A stretch of DNA of 64,000 nucleotides. It comes from Felis catus. Its lineage: Eukaryota. The stretch spans positions 13,578,001-13,642,000 of the forward strand of contig NC_058369.1 in assembly GCF_018350175.1 (NCBI RefSeq), given 5' to 3'. Positions 55,791-64,000 of this stretch are shown here, piece after piece. The notes beneath the pieces were generated by a model, which saw nothing but the letters and a program-made list of their open reading frames with translations, searched no databases and was not told the DNA's origin. The first letter of the stretch is position 1. Every line of letters begins with the position of its first letter. The position numbers and the translations under genes were made by a program.

Positions 55791-55904
55791 TTACTCGTCT
55801 ATTTTAATGTGTTTTGGGAAAACACAAGTAGTAGCACATCACTCTGAAAATATGCTGACATTTAAAAAAGAATCAACTCGGGGGAAAAAAAAAAGAATCA
55901 ACTC

Positions 55905-56385
55905 AGGTACCTGCCCAGGAGAAATAAAAACAAACATCCACGTAAGAACGAGTGTACAAATGTCACTGCGGCCAAAACAATCCCAAATAGACAAAAAATA
56001 GAAACCACCCACATGTCCATCATCAGCAGACAAATGGATAAACAAACTGTGGTATGTCCACACAAAGGAGTATCACATGGCCATAAGGAGCGAAGCCCTG
56101 ATACACGTTAAAATGTGGACGAACCTCAAAAAATATCAGGCAGAGTAAAAGAAAACAAACACAAAAGGCCACACAGCGCATGGTCCCATTTCTAGGAAAC
56201 GTCCAGAAGAGGCAGATCCATAGAGACAGAAGGCAGGTTAGTGGTTGCCAGGGGCTGGGGGAAGGGGAGTCACTATTAACAGGGATGGGGTTTCCTTCCG
56301 GGGTGATGAAATTGTTCTGAAACTACACAGAGGTGGTTGTTTATAACACTGTGAATGTGTTGTATGTGTTAAAAGGCTGAATGGT
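55905..56385 (+). mobile_element. L1MB-like 3' fragment
   Basis: atgtccatca..aaatggataaacaaactgtggtatgtccacacaaaggagtat...ggttagtggttgccaggggctgggg. Confidence 0.8.
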
Positions 56386-57026
56386 AGGGGCGCCTGGCTG
56401 GCTCAGTCAGAAGAGCATGTGACTCTTAATCTCGGGGTTGTGAGTTTGAGCCCCTTGTTGGGTGTAGAGATTGCATAAAGAATTGAATTAAGTAAAAACT
56501 TCAAAAAAAAAAAAAAAAAAGGTTCAGGGGCGCCTGGGTGGCTCAGTCAGTTAAGCTGCCGGTTTCGGCTCGAGTCATGATCTCACAGTTCATAGGTTCC
56601 AGCCTCACATCAGGCTCTCTGCTGTCAGCGCAGAATCTGTTTTGGATCTTCTGTCTCCCTCTCTCTGACCCTTACTTGCTTGCTTGTGCATGCACACACA
56701 CACTCTCTCTCTCAAAAGTAAATAAACATAAAAAAAAAAGATTGAACTGTCTATGAATTATATTTCAGTAAAAAAGAGAGAACAGAATATATTGACGTAT
56801 ATCACACACTGTATGATTATGGGCAAAAGTCATTTAGGGAAAAAACACGTGTTATGTGATCCCATGTATGTTTTTAAAAAGCACATTCATGTTTATACAC
56901 GTATGTTAAAAGTCTGGATGTGCAGGGCACCTGGCTGGCTCAGTAGGTGTAGCATGTGACTCTTGACCTTGGGTTTGTGAGTTTGAGCCCCATTTGGGCC
57001 AGGAGTCTACTTAAAAAAAAAAAAAA
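56386..57026 (+). mobile_element. Three plus-strand Can-SINEs (56386-56520, 56526-56740, 56924-57026)
   Basis: ggggcgcctgg-type heads with poly-A tails. Confidence 0.85.
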
Positions 57027-57094
57027 GTGTAGATGTGCATATATCAAAGATATAGTTAATTTGCTGGGAAGGTTAATGAAGAGAAGCTTCTAGG

Positions 57095-57765
57095 TTTTTT
57101 TTAATGTTCACTTGGTTTTGAAGGAGAGAGAGACAGAGCATGAGCAGGGGAGGGGCAAAGAGAGAGAGAGAGACACACAAGAATATGAAGCAGGCTCCAG
57201 GCTCTGAGCTGTCATCATGGAGCCCAATGTGGGCTCGAACTCAAGGGCCATGAGATCATGACCTGAGCTGAAGCCGAATGCTTAACTGATTGAGTTACCC
57301 AGGTGCCCCTGGAGCTTCTAGTTTCTATGTATCTCTAGTATTTGACATTTTTAAAAAAAGTTTATTTATTTTTCTGAGAGAGAGAGAGCATGTGTGTGTG
57401 TAAGTGTAGGGGGCAGAAGAGGGGCAGAAAGAGAGGGAGAGAATCCAAGCAGGGTCCGCACTCAGCGCAGAACCTGACCTGGGGCCTGATTCCACAAAAC
57501 TTGAGATCGTGACTTGAGCCGAAATCAAGAGTCGGACACTTAACCCACTGAACCACTCAGGTGCCCCATGGTGTTTGACATTTTTTCCCCCTAAGTTTTT
57601 AAACGTTTATTTATCTTTGAGAGCAAGAGAGAGAGAGAATCCCAAGCAGGCTCTGCATCGTCAGCACAGAGCCCGACACAGGGCTCGATCCCATGAACTG
57701 TGAGATCATGACCTGAGTCGAAATCAACAGTCGGATGCTGAACTGCCTGAGCCACACAAGTGGCC
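57095..57765 (-). mobile_element. Three minus-strand Can-SINEs (57095-57309, 57350-57567, 57590-57765)
   Basis: Three reverse-complement SINE bodies, each preceded by a T-rich tail. Confidence 0.85.
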
Positions 57766-57947
57766 CAGTGTTCGACATTTTAATAAGGATGTATTACATT
57801 TATAAGCAGCAGAACTAACCCAGGTCCTGACACAGGCAGAAGAGGGTTAGGAGGGCAGGTCTGCCTCACCCTTTGCTCAGTATCCCCACCCCCATTCTGA
57901 GGCTGGCCCCCACAGAAACTCCTTGCCCCCGACCCACATGGACTCAC

Positions 57948-57989
57948 CATGGGATGATTCTGAGCAGTCTTCAGCAGTGACAAGGGAAG
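57948..57989 (-). CDS. LSM4: LSM4 exon 2
   Basis: LPLSLLKTAQNHPM; cttacAG| acceptor and |GTGAGT donor. Confidence 0.95.
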
Positions 57990-59799
57990 CTGTAAGGCAA
58001 ACAAAGGCACGTGACTTGTCTGTCTGGTCAGCACCAAGGAGCCTTGGCCTCTGGGCACGGCTGGGACTCCAGTCCCACAAATCTGCCAGCTCACCACAGC
58101 GCTGGGGGTGCGGGAGCATGCATCCCTCACCCCGACAGAAGACACGTGCTCCCAACTCTGCCCAACCCCAGGACATACGCTGCCTCCCGGTGTGGAAAAT
58201 CTCAAACACTTGCCTCCTGCCTGAGATCAGAGGCAGCAGTCACCTGGTCTTGGGGCTGACCAAGGGCATTTCTTTATAACTCACGTTGCATATATTTACA
58301 TCCTCGACAGGAAAGGGCTTAGCCCTCCGTGCTTATCAGTAGCATCACAGCACACAGGTCCTACTGCTGGTTGCGTTTTTTACTCAACTGCTGTCTCTGA
58401 GATGCATCCCTGTGAATACATGCAGCTCCTTCAACTTCATCCTCAGTGAGGTTATTGTCACACCCACTCTACAGATGGGGATACTGAGGCTTAGAGACGG
58501 AGGACCTTGCTGGGCACTATAGAGCTAGTAAGAGATAGAGCCTGGCTTGACCCCATTTGCTGGAAGGCAGTTCATGCCGAGCCCACGCCTCAAAGGGCAG
58601 CCAAGCAGCTGGGAGTCAGCCTTGATCGAAGGTGGCTACGTCTGAGCTAGGTTTTCAGAGAGCACTCCATCAGGTAGGAGGAAGAAACATTCCAGAAAAA
58701 AATCTGTCATTACTACAAGTGACGGCAAATAAAAGATGCACTCTTTGAAATATCACCCAAAGTTTTCAAGATATTAAAAAAAAAATCTGCTCTTCTCATT
58801 TTGGGTGCACAAATCACGACCCACATACTAAGGGCCTGCCTCTCGGTCTCCAGGAGGGTGACCTCGGGTGGCAGTGCTTGGGTCCAGGATTCAATGACAG
58901 GCCAGCTGGCGAGACCAGATGAAGGTTCCAGACCGAGGGTCCCACGGATGAGACACTGCCTCAGCGCGGGGGACGGGAGCTTCACTGTACCCTGCCCTGG
59001 CAGTTCTGGAATCCGAAGTCACCCTGCCCCCCAGAAGCTCTCTGCAGGGGAGTCTCAGCCTGCCCTCACCCTCCCAACGCAGGGCAGCTGCTTCTCCAGG
59101 TGGTGGAGACCGGAGGCCAGAAATGGCCCTCAACCCCCACAGGGGGGCCCCAGTGGAAAGACTTGAGCGGGGATTCCCACGTCCCATAGACCTTCTCTAT
59201 GAAGGGCTGCCCAGGGGAGGTCCAGCGCCGGCAGGAAGCCAGGCCCAAGCCCACTTCCTGTACTGGCTTCCTGGAAGGGCAAGAGAATAAAGGGCCACGT
59301 GGAGAAGAGGTGGCTGCCGAGAGGAGGGCGGGCAAGCAGGCTGGGGCCCCAAAGAGACAACCTGCAGCTCCTGTGCCCTCATCTGTGCGATGGTGCCCGG
59401 GTGCAGAGAGCCATGGAAAAACAGGAGGCTCCGACTCCCACGTGGGGGCCGCGAGCCTCGGTCGCCTTTTACAGTGGAGAAGCCCCAGGCTTTCCTGGGC
59501 AAGCCTGTTATCTTGTGTCCAAAATGGGAACGTGGACCGGGGTGACACGCTCGGGTCTTCCTCCCAGATTACCTGAGGGGGCAGGGCCAGGCTGGCCCTG
59601 GAAGGCATAGAAGAAGATGGCCTCAGCACTGAGAGGCAGAGAGAAGTGCAGCCAAGGCCCCTCTAGATGAGGGACCAGCGGCCAGAGCAGGAGGGACCTT
59701 CCAGGGACACACAGCAAGATCCTGGTAAAGCCCATGAAAGCAAGCTGATGTCCGTCAGCAGGGGACCCACAGGGGTCCTCCTACGGCATTCGCAGCTTC

Positions 59800-60178
59800 T
59801 TTTTAATTTGTTTTATTTTTGGGAAAGCACAAGCCAGGGAGGGTCAGAGAGAGGGGGACAGAGGGTCCGAAGCAGCCTCTGCACTGACAGGCTGACAGCA
59901 GCGAGCCAGATGTGGGGCTGGAACTCACGAACCGTGAGATCCTGACCTGAGCTGACCTCAACTGACTGAGCCACCCAGGTGCCCCGCTTTTTTTTTTTTT
60001 TTTAAGTTTATTTATTTATTTTTGAGAGAGAGGGAGTGGGAGGGAGAGCGTGAGCGGGGGAGCGGCAGACAGAAAGGAGAGAGAATCCCAATCAGCACAG
60101 AGCTCGAACTCACGGAACTGTGAGATCAGGACCTGAGCCGAAATCAAGAGCCTGACACTTAACTGAGCCACCCAGGCA
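59800..60178 (-). mobile_element. Two tandem Can-SINEs
   Basis: ...ctgagccacccagg heads at ~59985 and ~60178, with poly-T tails. Confidence 0.85.
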
Positions 60179-61579
60179 CAGGCTTCTCTGCCGGCGCTGG
60201 CCTCTCCCTTGTCCCGGCTACTGGCACCACAGCCCTGGAGAAGCCACGGCTTCCTCGGCTGTCACTGGCAGTGCCCTATTCACAAAGCAGCTGAGAAGGC
60301 GTCTGAGATACAGAAGGCACCAAAACCTGCTCCCAACACTCCCCTGCACATCCAGGCCCCAGGCAGGTCACAAGGCCAAGCCAGCTCCAGCCAAACTGGA
60401 CCATTGGGTTTCTCACAAGCCACACCCATTTGTGCTGTACGACCTTTGTTCCCCAGGTTCCCTCTGCCTGAGCTGTCCTTCCCCAGGCTGGTAGCTGCTC
60501 CCATATCACTTCTTAAGGCTCTTGGCCAAGCCCTCATAATAACCTCGTCTAGGGATTGAGATTTCCACCTGGGCCACCCACTGCTGCTTCCATTATAGGA
60601 CAGAGCCAGTCTCTAATTATCTTGTTTATTATGTCTCCCTGGCTAGACTGGAAAACTCAGAGGGTGTGGACTTTGTCCAGTGCCGAGCTTGGAGCCAGGC
60701 ACTTGAGAGGGACGCAGTAAATATTTGCTGAACAAATACACAAGAAAATGCACACATCATCCAGGGAGGCAAGCGGTGTGGGTGGAATAACTGCCCCACC
60801 CCACAGATAAGAAAAGGCGAGGCTCAGATGGGGAGGGGTGGCTGCAATGGCCGGGAGCAGTGTCCACATCTTGCCATCTTCCAGATCTTTATCCCTAAAC
60901 TGAGCCGGAGACAGAGGCTAGAGGAAGGGGAAGATCCCTGAGAACTTAAAAGACTCGGTGGGGAAGAAGTTCTTGAAGGTGACCAGGGAGATGGCACAGG
61001 GCAGGACACCACTGGGGGAGACAAGGCTATCTGGAGTTGGGAAAGTCAAAAGCTTCAGAAAAGCGCCTCCCTTCCTCTAGGCTTTTTCAGGATGTCTGGG
61101 GTCTGGTTCTCAGGTCTAAACCAATCTAAGGCTAGACCTGACAGCTTCCTGAGGCTCCCAATTCAGGAAGCTGTCATGGATCCACCCTCCAGACCTCCTG
61201 CTTTCGGCCCCACCATGACCACAGGGAACTGGCAGTGTGTCATGCCTTGTCCCTTCGTGAACATTCTTCAGGCTGAAAAAATAAGTCTTTCCACAAGCAC
61301 TGTTCTAGGCTCAGGCAACAACTAATCAGGGATAAAAGTCAAAGATCCTGCCTCCAGGGAGCTTAACGAGGAAGGAAACTTCCGGTTCCGCCCATGCCCT
61401 CAGGTCAATTCTGCCCTCCGGCAGAGAGGAACACACTCCCTTCTCTCAATTCCTGCAACAGCCAACAGTATTTAGTGCAAGCCTTCCCTAACCCTCAGGG
61501 TGACTGGTGCTGATGGGCTAGGCACTCCCCTAGGAGGCCTGGCTCTGAATTTCAGTGTGGTCCTGTTTCCCTGTCCACG

Positions 61580-61865
61580 CATTTTAATTTTTTACTTTTT
61601 TGAGGAGAGAGAGCACCCAAAAAGAGGGGCAGAGGGAGCGAATCCAAAGCAGGTTCCATCCTCAGCTACGGGGGCTCCATCCCATGACCCTGGGGTCGTG
61701 ACCTGAGCCAAAATCAAAAGTTGGACGCTCAACACACTGAGCCACTCAAGTACCCCTACACATTTTTTTTTTTTTAAGTAAGCTCTACGCCCAACACGAG
61801 GCCTGAACTCACACCCCCAGTATCAAGAGTCGCATGCTCTACCAACTGAGCCAGCCAGGCGCACC
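61580..61865 (-). mobile_element. Two tandem Can-SINEs
   Basis: Degenerate reverse-complement SINE bodies with T-rich tails. Confidence 0.8.
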
Positions 61866-62399
61866 TCCCTGTCTATACTCTGAAGGCACAGGAACTCTCT
61901 GGCCTAAGTCCAGAACTTCCAGACCCGAGAGCAGCATGGTTCTGGAGAGGTTTCCGGTCAGGGCCTCAGTTTCTCCTTCAGTGAACTGGGAGGGTGCAGT
62001 GATTCCACTCGTGGTTCAAAATGCCCTTTCTCCAGAAACGACACCCTGTGTGATCCAGGGAGAAGGCAAATCTCCTCTATGGGCCTGTTTTTTTCAGCCT
62101 GAAAACGAGTGGCACAGAAGACTTGTGCTAACATTCTAAGAACCTTGCAGGTCTTGAAAGTCTCAGAACTGGCTTAATTTGAGAACTCAGATCGGCCCCC
62201 TGTCGCTCCACCTTTCCAATATATGAAGTTAGATTAGGTCGGATGCACTGGGAGCCACTCCCTGCCCGAACTCACTCTAAGGCGTTCACCGGACCCTTTG
62301 CCGGGTCCCCTCTCTCAGGCCTCGGTTTCCCCATCTGCAAGGTGGGAAGACTGCAGCTAGGCAGACGTATTATGAGTACACGTTCGTCCAATCCTAAAT

Positions 62400-62960
62400 T
62401 CCCTGAGAGCGACGTGCTGGGTGCCCTGGGAGACCTCCCTGCGCTCGTCTGCGGCCGGGGGGCAGAATCGAGGCCCTGGCTGCACGCTAGCTCCGCGTCG
62501 CCCCTGCCTCAGCGCCCGCCCCGAAGGCGCTCGGCGGCCGCGTCCCCCGCCTCCCGGAGAGACCTCGCAGCCGCGCAGCCCTCACCATGGTGTCGGCGGG
62601 GAGCCGGCTAGCCGACCACTTCCGCCGCCGCCGCTCACGCTCCTGCCGGTAGCCGCCCTGCCGCGCGCCACTAAGCTGAAATGAAGTGGCAGCGACGTGA
62701 GCCAGTCAGCGCGGGGCTCGAGGGAAGAGCAACCAATCAACGTGGAGTAGGGAGGGGTCGGCTAGACAAGAGGGACAAGGTTGGCTGTGTTCTCGCTGGA
62801 GGAATACGAGAGAGGGCCGTAAAGTGTCGACGTGAGTGCTGAAAAAGGGGCGGAGCCACGCGCGCCAGCGCCAGTGGCCTTGTGGGTAAAGGCGCATGCG
62901 CAGGTGAAACTCTCGTTGCTCTCCTGGGCTCCGCGCTGTGGGCAAAGCCGGATATTGCCA
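62400..62960 (-). promoter_or_regulatory. LSM4 CpG-island promoter
   Basis: ETS-like ACTTCCG near 62618, CCAAT near 62733, GC box near 62847, NRF1 site GCGCATGCGCA at 62892-62902. Confidence 0.8.
62586..62588 (-). CDS. LSM4: LSM4 exon 1 coding part (ATG only)
   Basis: Kozak GACACCATG followed directly by donor GTGAG, within a CpG island. Confidence 0.9.
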
Positions 62961-64000
62961 CAATTTGCAAAGGAAGAAATTGAGGCTTCGTGGTTATTGG
63001 GTTGTGTCTAATGCCTCCCTTAGGGCTCCTACACTTCAGATTTTAGTTATTTTAGTTGAGCCTCGCCCCAGGCACGTCTTTTGGTAGGTTGGAATCCCGA
63101 CTGTGCCTCTCTGAGCCTCAGTTGGGTGACCATCAAGGGTTCCTTCCTCTGCTTTGACCTTCAAGCTTCTAAGTGAGCAGTAGGTGCCTTCCTCCAGTGA
63201 CTATTCTTTTCCAGGTGTCCTGAGTGTCAGCATTGGCATGAGAGCCTTTCTTACCAAGACCAGGGCCAAGTTCTTCCAGCTAAGAAGGCCCTATATTTCC
63301 TGGAGCCTGCTTGGGGAGGCCTTGATGCTCACGTTCTCAATAAAAATTCCCCAGCATCAGGCCTCAGAGACCTGAGCAGAAAAAGATGGGAACACATAGG
63401 TCTAGCCACCTCCCACTAAAATTTCCCCTCTAGGACCTGGTGAGGGAGGGAGATCTGGGTGCCCAGCGCTGCTATAAATGAGCTGAGTCAGGCACGTTAT
63501 TCCCTTTCCCCTCCTCCTTAAAAACCGAAATAATCATCTCTACCAACCAGGGTTACTGTGTGGCTTGAAAAAATATGGAAGCCACATAAAGTGCCAGGCA
63601 CCTGGGAGCGCTGAATCAACAGTTGTCCTTCAAGCCTTAGCTTGGGGTCCTTCCACCCCCGGAAACCAATCTTGAAGACTCCAGGGCACATAGCCTATCA
63701 ACAGGGTGACCCCAGGAAACCCCTATTGGAGGTGGAGGCTGAGAAAGGGAGGGTAGGATCCTTGCAGGGGGCACCAATGAGTAGTCAATGCAGTAGTCTA
63801 GCAACCGGGGGTCAGTCCAGCTGGAGACCTCACGGAGACAGCATAAAAGCTGGTGTCTTAATAGTGATCCCACCTAGGGTCAGGGCAGCTGGGGTATATA
63901 TTCAAGCCTTCTCTAGCACTGGCTTAGGCCTGGGTGCTGGTGGGGTCTGGGTTGTGTGCAGGACACTGGTAGGTGACTAATAGTGATACACCACTGGGTT

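Noticed and set aside
63470-63495. TATAAAT followed by TGAGTCA upstream of LSM4
   Set aside because: Short motifs with no supporting exon or ORF; insufficient to call a divergent promoter.

Overview
Eukaryotic (mammalian) DNA from a felid: it carries dense felid-type Can-SINEs, GT-AG introns and CpG islands. The block is syntenic, from recalled gene order, with human 19p13.11. All recognised genes are on the minus strand: a first coding exon of PDE4C (2791-2832), a small mucin-like type I membrane protein gene (probably CIST1, 5195-10987), IQCN/KIAA1683 (11875-24483), intronless JUND (31351-32394, partly N-masked) and LSM4 (49535-62588, five exons, 139 aa). Main findings: (1) the 7161-nt segment of IQCN between in-frame GT/AG sites is stop-free, giving an exitron-like switch between ~1430 aa and ~3800 aa forms, and several repeat families in the protein share a 13-aa period; (2) a +1 frameshift separates the conserved IQCN start exon from the main ORF; (3) a solo ERV LTR inserted into CIST1 coding exon 2 and supplied a new in-frame splice acceptor, and a TAG removes most of the cytoplasmic tail; (4) a diverged copy of IQCN exitron sequence lies upstream of CIST1; (5) a tandemly duplicated DR5 element and an RFX/AP-1/MEF2-like cluster lie upstream of JUND. 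Orthologue comparisons are from memory, no searches were run, and repeat boundaries are approximate unless TSDs are quoted.
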